A DNA stretch of 64,000 nucleotides from an uncultured Gemmatimonadaceae bacterium (GTDB lineage Bacteria; Gemmatimonadota; Gemmatimonadetes; Gemmatimonadales; Gemmatimonadaceae), in contig CAWHHI010000005.1 of NCBI GenBank assembly GCA_963829055.1, forward strand, positions 160,001 to 224,000, in the 5' to 3' direction. The notes beneath the pieces are model-generated. The model was not told the DNA's origin. It saw only the letters and a list, made by a program, of their open reading frames with translations, and did no database searches. Made by a program: the position numbers and the translations under genes. Positions 11,830 to 24,219 of this stretch are shown here, piece by piece. Within the stretch, counting starts at the first letter, position 1. Each line of letters begins with the position of its first letter.

Positions 11830-12768
11830 GTGGCGTCGAACCGCACTCTGGTCGTCGGCACGCGCGGGAGCCCACTCGCGCTCACGCAGACCGCATCAGT
11901 CATCGACGCCCTGCGCGCGGCACATGCGGGGCTCGACGTGCGCGTCCAGCGCATCACCACGAAGGGCGACGTGCTGCGCGACGTGCCGCTCGCCACGTTA
12001 GGTGGCCGAGGGGTGTTCGTGGACGCGATCGAGGAAGCGCTGCGAGGGAAGGAGATCGACCTCGCGGTGCACAGCGCGAAGGACCTTCCGTCGCGCGTGC
12101 CGCCCGATCTGGCGATCGCCGCGTTCCTCGAGCGCACCGACCCGCGCGATGTTCTCGTGTCGCGCGCCGGGTCGTTAGGCGAGTTGCCGCTTGGTGCGCG
12201 CGTCGGCACGAGCAGCGTTCGTCGCGTCTCCGCCCTTCGTGCGCTCCGGCCCGACCTGGAAACGCCCGACCTCCGCGGCAACGTGGACACGCGCCTGCGC
12301 AAGCTCGACGCCGGTGACTACGACGCGATCGTGCTCGCCGGTGCAGGGTTGTTGCGACTCGGGCTCGAAGCCCGCGTGACCGAATGGCTCTCGGTCGACG
12401 CGATGCTGCCGTCGCCCGGCCAGGGCGCGTTGGCCGTGGAGGTCCGCGGCGACGATCCGGAAGTCTGGGATCTCGTGCAGCCACTCGCGCACTCGCCGAC
12501 CGCCATCGCACTCGCGGCGGAGCGCGGCTTCCTCGCGCGACTGGGCGCCGGATGCTCGGCGGCCGTCGGTGCGTACGGCACCGTCGGCGCTGACGGCCAG
12601 GTGACGCTGCGCGCGATGATCGGCGCGCCTGATGGCCGATCGGTGACAGGAACGGAGAGTGGCGCCGGTGCGTCTGCCGAAGCACTCGGAGAGCGGCTGG
12701 CCAACCGGCTGCTGGCTGCTGGCGGCCGCGAGATCGCGGCGGAAGGGCAGCGCTGGAGCGTCGCGTGA
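11830..12768 (+). CDS. hemC: Hydroxymethylbilane synthase
   Basis: GTRGSPLALTQ, AVHSAKDLP, GTSSVRR, RGNVDTRLRKL, PGQGALAVE, GCS cofactor Cys. Confidence 0.95.
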   Translation: MASNRTLVVGTRGSPLALTQTASVIDALRAAHAGLDVRVQRITTKGDVLRDVPLATLGGRGVFVDAIEEALRGKEIDLAVHSAKDLPSRVPPDLAIAAFLERTDPRDVLVSRAGSLGELPLGARVGTSSVRRVSALRALRPDLETPDLRGNVDTRLRKLDAGDYDAIVLAGAGLLRLGLEARVTEWLSVDAMLPSPGQGALAVEVRGDDPEVWDLVQPLAHSPTAIALAAERGFLARLGAGCSAAVGAYGTVGADGQVTLRAMIGAPDGRSVTGTESGAGASAEALGERLANRLLAAGGREIAAEGQRWSVA

Positions 12769-13568
12769 GTACTCTCGGTGCTCAGACCGCGCTCGGCACA
12801 CGCCCGCTCGAGGGAAAGCGGATCGTGCTCACCCGCGCGCGCGCGCAGGCCGGAGACTTCGAGGCCCGTATCAGGGCGTTAGGCGGTGAGCCCGTGCTGG
12901 CACCCGCCATCGCCATCAGGTCGCCGGAATCGTGGATCATCGTCGACGCCGCCCTCCGGCGTATCGAAACCTACGACTGGGTCGCATTCACCAGCACCAA
13001 CGCGGTGCACGCGCTCGTCGGCCGAGCGCAGGCGATCGGCGTGGCTCGCGGATTCGTGAGCAGTAGACGACTTGCTGTGGTCGGCCCCGCCACCGCCGCC
13101 GCGGTCACCGCCAGCCTGCGCCCGCCCGACGTGGTTTCGTCGACGCAGACCGCGGAAGCACTCGCGCGCGACATTGCCGACGTGGAGAATGCCCGGATTC
13201 TCTTTCCACGTGGGGACCTCGCGGGCGACGCGTTACCCGGCGGCCTCCGTTCGCGCGGCGCGTTCGTGGACGACGTGATCGTCTATCGCACTGTTCCCGG
13301 CGACGGGATCGAGACGATCGCGTCGCTCGTCAGGAGCGGCGGAGCCGACGCCCTCTTGTTCACCAGCCCCTCCGCCGTGCGCTTCGTCGCCGACGCACTG
13401 GGCGGCGATCCTGTCGGCGAAGCAGTCGTCGTCTGCATCGGCCCCGTCACCGCCGACGCCGCGCGTTCCGCCGGATTCGAGCCCGCACTCGTCGCCGAGT
13501 CCGCGACGCAGGACGACCTCATCGATCACGTTGCGAGATGGTTCGCTGCACGCAGCCGCGGCCATTGA
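12765..13568 (+). CDS. hemD: Uroporphyrinogen-III synthase
   Basis: [39 protein letters not shown]; overlaps the hemC stop. Confidence 0.92.
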   Translation: MSTLGAQTALGTRPLEGKRIVLTRARAQAGDFEARIRALGGEPVLAPAIAIRSPESWIIVDAALRRIETYDWVAFTSTNAVHALVGRAQAIGVARGFVSSRRLAVVGPATAAAVTASLRPPDVVSSTQTAEALARDIADVENARILFPRGDLAGDALPGGLRSRGAFVDDVIVYRTVPGDGIETIASLVRSGGADALLFTSPSAVRFVADALGGDPVGEAVVVCIGPVTADAARSAGFEPALVAESATQDDLIDHVARWFAARSRGH

Positions 13569-13582
13569 GGAGCAGTCACGGA

Positions 13583-14604
13583 GTGAGCGACTTGGAAACC
13601 TTCTGGACGACAGGCGAAATCACACCTCGGGCGCGGCCGCGACGCCTGCGCCGGACCGCCGCGCTCCGCGACGCGTTAGGCGAGACGACGCTCCGGCCCG
13701 CGCAGCTCGTCCACCCGATCTTCGTGCGCGATGGCGCCGACAGCGAACGCCCCATCGCCAGCATGCCCGGGCACGCGCAGCGGACAGTCGATCGGCTCGA
13801 CGCGGAGATCGGCGAGGTCGACGCCCTCGGCATCCGATCGGTGCTGTTGTTCGGCATCCCGGACACGAAGGACACGACCGGATCGGGCGCCTGGGACCCG
13901 TCCGGCCCAGTGCCGCGGGCGATCGCGGCCATCAAGCGCCGCAGTCCGTCGATCACCGTCATCGCCGACGTCTGCCTGTGCGAGTACACGTCGCACGGAC
14001 ACTGCGGGCTGCTGAGTGACGCAACGGGCGTGGTCGCGAACGACGAGACGCTTCCGCTGCTCGGCCAGGCCGCGGTCGCCTACGCTGACGCTGGCGCCGA
14101 CGTCATCGCGCCGAGCGCGATGATGGACGGGCAGGTCGCGTCGATCCGTGCCGCGCTCGACGCCGCCGGCCACAGCGACGTCGCCATCCTCGCCTACGCG
14201 GTGAAATACGCTTCCGCGTTCTACGGCCCGTTCCGCGAAGCGGCGCAGTCCGCGCCCTCGTTCGGCGACCGGCGCGCCTACCAGATGCAGGCAGGCAACG
14301 CGCGTGAGGCGATACGCGAAGCTCGCCTCGACGAGGAAGAAGGCGCGGACATGCTCATGGTGAAGCCCGCCGGCCCGTACCTCGACATCATTCAGCGCGT
14401 GCGAGCCGAGTCGCGGCTTCCACTTGCCGCGTACCAGGTGAGCGGCGAGTACGCGATGCTCAAGGCGGCGGCGGAGCGTGGATGGATCGACGAGCCGCGC
14501 GCGGCGATGGAGAGCCTGCTCGGCATCCGCCGCGCGGGAGCGGATCTCGTCATCACGTACTACGCGAAGGCGGCAGCGCGCTGGCTGGCCGAGGGCGTGC
14601 AGGC

Positions 14605-14608
<4 letters not shown>
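13583..14608 (+). CDS. hemB: Porphobilinogen synthase (Zn-type)
   Basis: [56 protein letters not shown]. Confidence 0.96.
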
Positions 14609-15947
<1,339 letters not shown>

Positions 15948-15955
<8 letters not shown>

Positions 15956-16433
15956 CGCGCCCGCACAGCCGCATCCGGCCGCCGCGCCACGCGTGATCGT
16001 CACGTTGAGCGATGCGCAGTGCCGCGAGGTGCTCGCTCGACAGCGGATGTGCGTGGTGTCGGTGGTTGATGGCGACGAGCCATATGCGGTGCCCGTGTTC
16101 TACGGGTTCGATGGCGGTGACCTCTACCTCGGTGTCGCCGAAGGGCGAAAGACGCGCGCGCTCGACCGCAACGCGCGGGTGTACATCCTCGTGACCGAGG
16201 TTGGGCCAGGGGATGCGTGGCGCTCGGTCGCGGTTGCGGGCGAAGTGCGCTCGCTTCGCGATCCCGAGGAGCGTCAGCGCGGCGTCGACGTGCTGATCGC
16301 GCACAACCGACGGGTGCGGGCCCTGACGTCCGAGGCTCCGGTCACTCCGCGCCCGCGGAGCGGCGGCCGCATTCTGCGCGTAGAACGCGCGGTCGTCACG
16401 GGTCGCTCGTTCGGCGATCGCACGGCTGGGTAA
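15948..16433 (+). CDS. Pyridoxamine 5'-phosphate oxidase-like (FMN split-barrel) protein
   Basis: LSDAQCREVL, PYAVPVFYGF, GRK..LDRNARV, WRSVAVAG, VTGR; overlaps the hemL stop. Confidence 0.75.
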
Positions 16434-16447
16434 CGCCGTAGAGCACT

Positions 16448-16715
16448 GCTTCGACACGGCATCCAGCACCGAGGGTGTGGACGGAAACGGCCGGAAACAT
16501 TGGATCGGGCGGATCGACCAATGACGGACAGTCGGTCGCGCAACGAGCCGTCATTGAAAGGGAACAACGGCCTCGTGGGGCTAATGCAGCGCGAGGCCGT
16601 TCCCCTCGTTGAACGGCTCCTTCCGCCATTATCGCGGCCGCGATGGGCATCAGGTCCTTTCAGTTGTTTCCGTTCGATCAGTTCACACTCTGGGTTCTGG
16701 ATGCCGTGTCGAAGC
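16448..16715. repeat. MITE-like element with about 35-bp imperfect terminal inverted repeats
   Basis: GCTTCGACACGGCATCCAG(C/A)ACC..GTGTG at 16448 and its reverse complement ending at 16715; internal AACGGCCTCG/CGAGGCCGTT hairpin. Confidence 0.65.
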
Positions 16716-16745
16716 GGTCCGTGTGGATGGTTGCCGGAGCAGTGT

Positions 16746-17756
16746 TCAGCCCACGGCCTTCGCGATCCACGACAGCGCCGCCACGAGTATCACGAACGTC
16801 GCGAGCACGCGTCGATCGCCCGGTCCAACCTCGCGCTGCGCGGCGCGCCACACCGCGACGCCGCCCACGATGAACAGCAGTCGCTGCCCCGTCAGGTAGA
16901 GCGCGACCGCGATCGTCGCCACGACGATCCATCGCTCGACCCGCGAGAGCGCGTGAAAGCCGCGCGAGCCGTCGAGCTGCCAGACCGGGATCAGGTTGAA
17001 CAGGTTGAGGAAGCCCGTCAGATGCGCGATCGCGAGCCAGATCGGCTTGTCGGTCACGACGTAGACGCCTAACGACGCGAGCGCGGCGCCGAGTCCCCAC
17101 ACCGGGCCGGCGAGTCCGATCTTCGCGTCCGTGATCGGGTCGCTCACGTGCTGCTTGAGCATCACGAGCGCGCCCACGCCCGGAATGAACAGTGGCGCGC
17201 CGGCCGCGATGCCCAGGCGCCGCAGCATCGCGACGTGTCCCATCTCGTGGATGTAGATCGACACCACGAGCCCTAACGCCAGCGGCCAGCCGAAGATGTT
17301 CCAGTAGACGGCGAAGAACGCGAACATCGAGACGAACGTGCTCGCCTTCGTCAGCCCGAGCAGCAGGAACTTGAGCTTCCCGACGAGCAGCAGCGCCACG
17401 CTCAGGATCGCCGCGCCACCGCGGCGAAACCATGACCCCTCGGCCGTCGGCTTCGTTCCGGGTGCCGCCGTGCTGCCGTCGATGCGCTGCGTGAGCTCCG
17501 CGATCCGACCGCGAATTATCGTGTGCTGCTGCGACTCCGGCGGCAGGTAGCGAAGCGCCGTTTCCCACTGCTCGCGCGCCCTAACGAGCTCGTCGACCGC
17601 GACCGCGGCGTTGGCGGCCGCCGCGAGCTGCTTGAGCTTGTCCGCGTGAACGAGCGCGCCGCACGCCGGACACGCGAGCGCGTGCGGCGCCAGCTCGGTG
17701 CCACAGCGGGCGCACTGATCCCTGTTACCGGCGAACGACGGAACGCTCGAGGACAT
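16746..17756 (-). CDS. Site-2 protease (M50) with N-terminal zinc ribbon
   Basis: HEMGH, AGP, NLFNLIPVWQLDG; CARC..CPAC at the N-terminus; several TM segments. Confidence 0.88.
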   Translation of the reverse strand: MSSSVPSFAGNRDQCARCGTELAPHALACPACGALVHADKLKQLAAAANAAVAVDELVRAREQWETALRYLPPESQQHTIIRGRIAELTQRIDGSTAAPGTKPTAEGSWFRRGGAAILSVALLLVGKLKFLLLGLTKASTFVSMFAFFAVYWNIFGWPLALGLVVSIYIHEMGHVAMLRRLGIAAGAPLFIPGVGALVMLKQHVSDPITDAKIGLAGPVWGLGAALASLGVYVVTDKPIWLAIAHLTGFLNLFNLIPVWQLDGSRGFHALSRVERWIVVATIAVALYLTGQRLLFIVGGVAVWRAAQREVGPGDRRVLATFVILVAALSWIAKAVG

Positions 17757-17759
17757 TCG

Positions 17760-18593
17760 CTAGCTCGTCGCCGGTGCCGGTCCCGCGCCCACCTTGTACG
17801 GTCCGGATATCTCGAGCTTCGGCGCCGCGGTCATCGCCCACGCCTGCCGAAGCCCGATGAAGATGATGAACGCGCCGATCAACCCCATCGGCATTGACCC
17901 GGCAACGGACATGACCGGCAGCGCGAAGACGAGGAGGAACAGTCCGCCGATCGCTATCGCGGTATCGCGGCCGCTGATGGCGGAGCTGTCGGCTTTCGCC
18001 ACCGGTCGATTCCTGTCACCGGCGGGAGCCACAGCACTCGTGCTGTCGGGGAGCGACGCGACACGCGCGGAATCGGTCAGCGACGACGCGGTGTCGTCAC
18101 CCTTGCCCTTCGTCGCCTGCTTGAAGGCCAGCGGCGCGTAGGCGAGACCGACCGACCAGTACGTGAGCACCACGGCCAGTATCTGGAAGCGACGCCCGCC
18201 ACGGCCGCCGGCACCTTTGCGCACCGCGTAGCCGACCATGTAGCCGATGAGGATCGCGACGATCCCGATCTCGAGGTTTGCGATCGCGATGACAGCGTAG
18301 TAGATCGCCGCGCCGGCGATCGCTGCGCCGAGCCCGAAGATGCCGCCGCGGATCAGCGGGCCGGTCGTTCGCGGGGTCGCAGCGGCGGACATCACGACGC
18401 CACGACAGCTCTCACAGACGGGCTTGTCGTTGACATGGTAGTACTGCGTGCCCACCGACTTCCCACATACGGCGCAGGTGATGCGCGGACTCCCGGCACT
18501 CGACGCCGAGGTGCCGGAATCAACGTGGTCGAATTGGAGATCCTGCGATTGATTCCCTGCCGCTCCTCCGCCCTGCACCTCGTCAGCGGACAT
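17760..18593 (-). CDS. Hypothetical membrane protein with CxxC..CxxC finger
   Basis: CAVC..CESC followed by hydrophobic helices; ends 3 nt before the M50 start; start codon inferred. Confidence 0.65.
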   Translation of the reverse strand: MSADEVQGGGAAGNQSQDLQFDHVDSGTSASSAGSPRITCAVCGKSVGTQYYHVNDKPVCESCRGVVMSAAATPRTTGPLIRGGIFGLGAAIAGAAIYYAVIAIANLEIGIVAILIGYMVGYAVRKGAGGRGGRRFQILAVVLTYWSVGLAYAPLAFKQATKGKGDDTASSLTDSARVASLPDSTSAVAPAGDRNRPVAKADSSAISGRDTAIAIGGLFLLVFALPVMSVAGSMPMGLIGAFIIFIGLRQAWAMTAAPKLEISGPYKVGAGPAPATS

Positions 18594-18752
18594 GCTGCTC
18601 CCGTCGAATAGGGTTGTTCGGTAACCCGGGTAACCCGCGGTCTTTCCGCCGCATCGGTGGAAAACTAAGATCAGGCGCTCTCCAACGCGTCGGTCAGTCC
18701 GCGCGAACCTCGCCGCGCTCGCCGCGCTCCTCCGTCCCTTACCGGAGCTCTC

Positions 18753-21700
18753 GTGGTTTCCCTCCGATTTCTCCCCCTCCCCCTCCCCCTCCCCCTCGGG
18801 CTGCTGCTCTGGTCCTCCGCTCCAGTCGCACTCGCCGCTCAGCCGAAGACACCCACTGCGACCGCGCGCGCCGCGACCGCCGCGTCGCCACAGGCCGGCT
18901 ACGACTCGTCCGCGTTCCGCGCGCTGCAGTGGCGCCTCATCGGCCCGTTCCGCGGCGGACGCGCGAACGCCATCACCGGCGTGACGAGCCAGCCGTTCGT
19001 CTACTACGTCGGCTACACCGGCGGCGGCGTGTGGAAGACGGAAAACGCCGGTGCCTCGTGGCGCAACATCTCCGACACGTTCTTCCGCACCGGATCCATC
19101 GGCGCGATCGCGGTGGCCGAGTCGGACCCTAACGTGGTGTATGTCGGGAGCGGCGAGCACGCGGTGCGCGGGCAGTCGTCATCCTACGGCGACGGCATGT
19201 ACAAGTCGCACCGACGCCGGCAAGACGTGGACGCGCATCGGGCTCGAGGCGACGAAGCAGATCTCGGCGGTGCGCGTACACCCGACGAACCCCGATCTCG
19301 TGTACGTCGCCGCGCAGGGCGATCGATGGAAGGGCACGCCCGACCGCGGCATCTACCGCTCGCACCGACGGCGGGAAGACGTGGACGCAGATCCTCAAAG
19401 GCGTGAACGCGACGAGCGGCGCGAGCGACCTGTCGATGGATCCGACGAATCCGCGCATCCTCTTCGCGACGTTCTGGGATCATCAGCGCCTGCCGTGGCA
19501 GGTGCGGAGCGGCGGCCCGGGCAGCGGCATCTGGAAGAGCACCGACGGCGGCGACACGTGGACTCGGCTCACTGAAGGTCTGCCGAAGCTCATGGGGAAG
19601 GTCGGCGTCGCGGTGTCACCCGCGAATCCGGATCGCGTGTTCGCGATCGTCGAGGCCGAGAAGGGCGGGCTCTATCGCTCGGACGACGCGGGCAAGACGT
19701 GGCGTCTGCTGAGCGAAGACCGGAATATCCAGGCGCGGCCGTGGTACTACATGAACGTCATCGCCGATCCGGCGAACGCGGACGTCGTGTACGTGATGAA
19801 CGCGCCGATCCTGAAGTCGATCGACGGCGGCCGCACGTTCGCCACGCTGCCCGCGCCGCACGGCGACAATCACGCGCTCTGGATCAACCCGAAGGACTCG
19901 CGCTACATCGCGAACGCGAACGACGGCGGCGGCACCATCTCGGTCGACGGCGCGAAGAGCTGGAGCACGATCGACAACCAGCCGACGGCGCAGTTCTACC
20001 ACGTGATCGTCGACGACGCGTATCCGTATCGTCTCTACAGCGGGCAGCAGGACAACAGCTCGGTGATCATCAAGAGCCGGAGCGACGGCCCGAACATCGG
20101 CGCGAGTGATTGGCAGAACGGACCGGGCTGCGAGAGCGCGAACATCGGCGTGGACCGCAAGAATCCGCGGTACACGTACGGCGGCTGCTATCAGGGCATC
20201 TTCCAGGAGATGGACATGCAGACCGGCCTAACGCGGCGAGATCATGGCGTGGCCGGCGCTCGCGCTCACGGAGCCGACGAACGAGATCAAGTATCGGTTC
20301 AACTGGACGGCGCCGGCCGTCGTGTCGCAGCACGACTCGCACGTGATCTACCACGGCGGCAACGTCCTCTTCCGCACGGCCGATCGCGGCAAGACGTGGG
20401 CACCGATCTCGCCGGACCTGACGCGCAACGACAAGGCGACGCAGGGCTGGGGCGGCACGCCGATCTCGAACGAGGGCGCGGGCGGCGAGGTGTATGGCAC
20501 CATCGTCACGATCGCCGAGTCGCCGCATGACGCGAATACGATCTACGTGGGAACGGACGATGGTCTCGTGCAGGTCACGCGCGACGGCGGCAAGAACGTG
20601 GACGAACGTGACGCCCGCCGGCGTCGGCGTCGGGCTCGCGAACGAGGTCGAGGTCTCGCCGCATGACGCCGCGACCGTGTATCTCGCGTTCCGCATGGAC
20701 CGTCGCGGCGACTACACGCCGTACGCGTTCAAGTCGACGGACTACGGGAAGACGTGGACGCCGATCGTGAAGGGGTTCCGCGCGGGTGAGCCGGTGCGCG
20801 TCGTGCGCGAGGACCCGGAGCGACGCGGTCTGCTGTACGCGGGCACGGAGACCGGCGTGTACGTCTCGTTCGATGGCGGCGCGAACTGGCAGACGCTCTC
20901 GCGTAATCTCCCCGTCGTTCCGGTGGCGGACCTCGAAGTGCGGCACGGCGATCTCTACGCCGCGACCGAGGGGCGTGCGTTCTGGGCGCTCGATGATCTG
21001 AGCCCGCTGCGCCAGATGAACCAGCAGGTGACGGCGAGTGCGGTGCACCTGTTCACGCCCCGCCCTGCGCAGTTAGGCGGCGGAGGCTCGGGCGCGTCGA
21101 CGAGCGCCGGCCGGAATCCGCCTGCGGGCGCGAACGTGTACTACTCGCTCGCCACGGTGCCGGACTCCGCGGCGGCAATGAAGCTCGAGTTCCTGGACGG
21201 CGCCGGGAAAGGTGCTGCAGAGCTACGCGCGCTCGTCAGGCAGTGCGCCGCCGGCAGCGGCGCTCCGGCCGGTTTCGGCGGCGCGCCGCCACGCCCGCGG
21301 CTCGAGCCGAAGGCCGGCCTCAACGCGTTCCAGTGGGATCTGCGTGCCGAGCCACCGACGACGCTGCCCGGCGGGATCTCGATGTTCGGCGGTCCGACGA
21401 ATGGCTATCTCGTGGCGCCGGGCCGCTATCAGGTGCGCCTGACGGTCGGCAGCACCGTCCTCACGCAGCCGCTGGAAGTGCGCCTCGACCCACGACAGAC
21501 GATCAGCGCCGCCGAGGTCGCGGCGCGCGACACGATGATGCGGACGACTCAACGCGCGCGTGTCGGAGATCAACGACGCGCTGATCCGCATCCGCGACGT
21601 GAAGGAGCAGGTGACGCGCTTCGTCGACCACGCGAAGGACGCACCTAACGCCGATTCGATCGCCGCCAAGGGCAAGCTGATCGGCCAGAAGGTGGACACG

Positions 21701-21988
21701 CTCGGCCCCAAGCTGTCGACGAAGGCGGCGAACGGTCAGGACATCATCAACTTCCGCAACGGCATCAACGCGCAGTACGTCTTCCTCCTCGGCAACGTGG
21801 AAGGGAACGACGTGCTCACGCAGCCGGTGCGTGACCGATTCGTCGAGCTCGAGCGTCTGTGGGGCGCGCTGCGTAATCAGGTGGACGTGCTGGAGCAGCA
21901 GGACGTGCCGGCGTTCAACAAGCTGCTGCAGGAGGGCAAGGTGGAGGGGGTGATTGTCCCGAAGCCGAAACCGAAGGTGGTCATGTAG
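18753..21988 (+). CDS. Secreted VPS10/BNR-repeat beta-propeller glycosyl hydrolase-like protein (frameshifted)
   Basis: [21 protein letters not shown], repeated S/T-x-D-G-G-x-T-W Asp-boxes, [19 protein letters not shown]. Confidence 0.82.
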
Positions 21989-22060
21989 AGGCCATAGGAA
22001 GGAGGGCCTGAGGAAGGAGGGCGGAGGGCGGAAGGCGGAGGGCAGGCGAGTAAACGCGGT

Positions 22061-22393
22061 GTCATCCCGAGCGCCAGCGAGGGACCTTGCTTGATGTCAT
22101 CGTAGCCTGGTCTGGCCACGATCACCTTCGAGAAGATCCCTCGCTGACGCTCGGGATGACAACAAAACAGCAGACAGGATTGCAGGATTGGCAGGATTCC
22201 GGGCGCGCGGATCGCGACTGTCCCTGAGACGTCTCTCCAATCCTGCCAATCCTGGCAATCCTGTCTCTTGTTGTTGCTCGTGTTGGCTACGTTGTCTGTC
22301 GAACGTCATGGCTGCAGCCAGTCTGGCCACAATCACTCCACAGAGGTCCCTCGCTGACGCTCGGGATGACACCACGCCGACACTCGGGATGAC
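22061..22393. repeat. Cluster of type II REP-like arms plus an ACAGGATTG/CAATCCTGT inverted pair
   Basis: GTCATCCCGAGCG at 22061; CGCTCGGGATGAC ending at 22160 and 22370, variant at 22393; ACAGGATTGCAGGATTGGCAGGA and AATCCTGCCAATCCTGGCAATCCTGT arms between them. Confidence 0.8.
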
Positions 22394-22452
22394 AACATTG
22401 TTCGCTTCAGAGTCAGTGCCCACTGAGCATGCTCATTTCTCAAGGTCCCAGT

Positions 22453-23870
22453 ATGCGCCTAACGCTCGCCAGCCTCGCGATACTCGTCGCCGCGCCAGTC
22501 TCTGCCCAACAATCGGCATTCCCGGATTCGCTGGCTGGCCGGGTGGATGCCGTATTCTCCCGGTATGCCCGGACCGATGCGACCGGGCTGCGCGCTCGGC
22601 ATCTACCAGAACGGCGCCATCACGTACTCGAAGGGCTACGGCTCGGCGAACCTCGAGTACGGCGTCCCCATCACGCCCACCACGCCGTTCATCTCCGGCT
22701 CCGTCGCGAAGCAGTTCACCGCCGCGGCCATCGCGCTGCTCGTCGAGCAGGGCCGCCTCTCGCTCGACGATGACGTGCGCAAGTACATCCCCGAGCTCCC
22801 CGACTACGGCCAGCGCATCACCGTCGATCAGCTCGTGCATCACACGAGCGGGCTGCGCGACTTCTGGGCGCTCGTGCAGGTGGCCGGCATGCGCTACGAC
22901 GACGGCTACACCGTCGGCGACGTCATCCGCCTCGCGGCGCGGCAGAAGAAACTCAACTTCCCGCCCGGCACTGCATACGACTACAGCAACACCGGCTACA
23001 TCGCGCTCGGCCTCATCGTCCAGCGCGTGACGGGCAAGTCGCTCCGTGAGTTCGCGGCCGAGCAGATCTTCGGGCCGCTGGGGATGACGAGCTCGCACTA
23101 TCACGACGACCACACGATGATCGTGCCCGGCCGCGCGTCCGCGTATTCGCCGGTGTCCGAAGGCGGTTGGCGCATCAACGTCTGGAACAACGACATCGTC
23201 GGTCAGGGCGGCGTGATGACGACGATCGTCGACCTGCAGAAGTGGGACGAGAACTTCTACACGGGGAAGGTCGGCGGTCAGGGGTTCCTGAAGCGTCAGC
23301 TGCAGCAGGGCAAGCTCGCGAACGGGACGACGCTGTCGTACGCGTTCGGGCTCACGGTCGGGCAGTATCGTGGGTTGCCGCTCGTCGAGCACGGCGGCAG
23401 CAGTGGCGGCTACCGCACGATCATCACGCGCTTCCCGACGGCGCACACGAGCGTCGTCGCGTTATGCAACGAGAGTGACGCCAATACCACCGCGCTCTCG
23501 CATCAGGTGGCCGACATCGTGCTCGGCCCGAAATTCACCGCGCCGGCGGTCGCCCGTCGCGCTGATTCGTCGAGCACGACCGCGCGGCACGACGTAGCGC
23601 TTTCCGCGCGCGACATCGCTGCCTTCCCGGGCCGCTACTACTCACAGGAGCTCGACGCGACCTACGACGTGGCCGCCAGCGGCGGGACGCTCACGGTGCG
23701 CCGCCCGCGCGGCGAGGTCGACACGCTCGCGGTGGTGGACGCACGCACGTTCCGGGCTGACGGGCTGACGTACCACTTCGCGCCTAACGTCTGCTGGCGG
23801 CCTCCCCGGCTTCACGGTCGACATCGGTCGTGCCAATGGCATGGTGTTCGTGAAGAGTGGCACACGTTGA
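22453..23870 (+). CDS. Secreted serine hydrolase (beta-lactamase class C-like), frameshifted
   Basis: Signal peptide; SVAK (SxxK), HHTSG, YSNTGY, HGG motifs. Confidence 0.87.
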
Positions 23871-23876
23871 CCGGGC

Positions 23877-24195
23877 ATCTACAGACGAAAGGGTGAACGG
23901 ATTCGACGGATCCGGCGGATTGACTCCTTTGTCATCCTGAGGAGCGGCAGCGACGAAGGGCACCCTGTCGGTCATCGTAGCCAACGCGCTCGGGACAGTC
24001 TCGTGAAGCCAAAGCGACGCGGTCCAGCGCGCTCGAGGCATCCACCGCAGAACGGCGCGGGATGCCGGCGTGCGTCGCTGTTCGGCGACCTCGCGCGGCG
24101 AAGCGCAACCTTCGCTTTCGTCGTGCGCCACCGTCCCGTTCTCGGAGGCAATCCGAACGATCCGATGCATCCGTTCGTCCCTTCGTCTGAAATGC
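23877..24195. repeat. Composite inverted-repeat element (AACGGAT family arms plus a type II-like arm)
   Basis: CAGACGAAAGGGTGAACGGAT arm at about 23882, ATCCGTTCGTCCCTTCGTCTG arm at about 24169, GTCATCCTGAG at 23931. Confidence 0.6.
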
Positions 24196-24219
24196 TTGGT
24201 CCTCGCTTCGTATGCGGAT

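Noticed and set aside
22453..23870. Antibiotic-resistance beta-lactamase
   Set aside because: HGG rather than KTG and a C-terminal extension fit generic serine hydrolases or peptidases; there is no mobile context.
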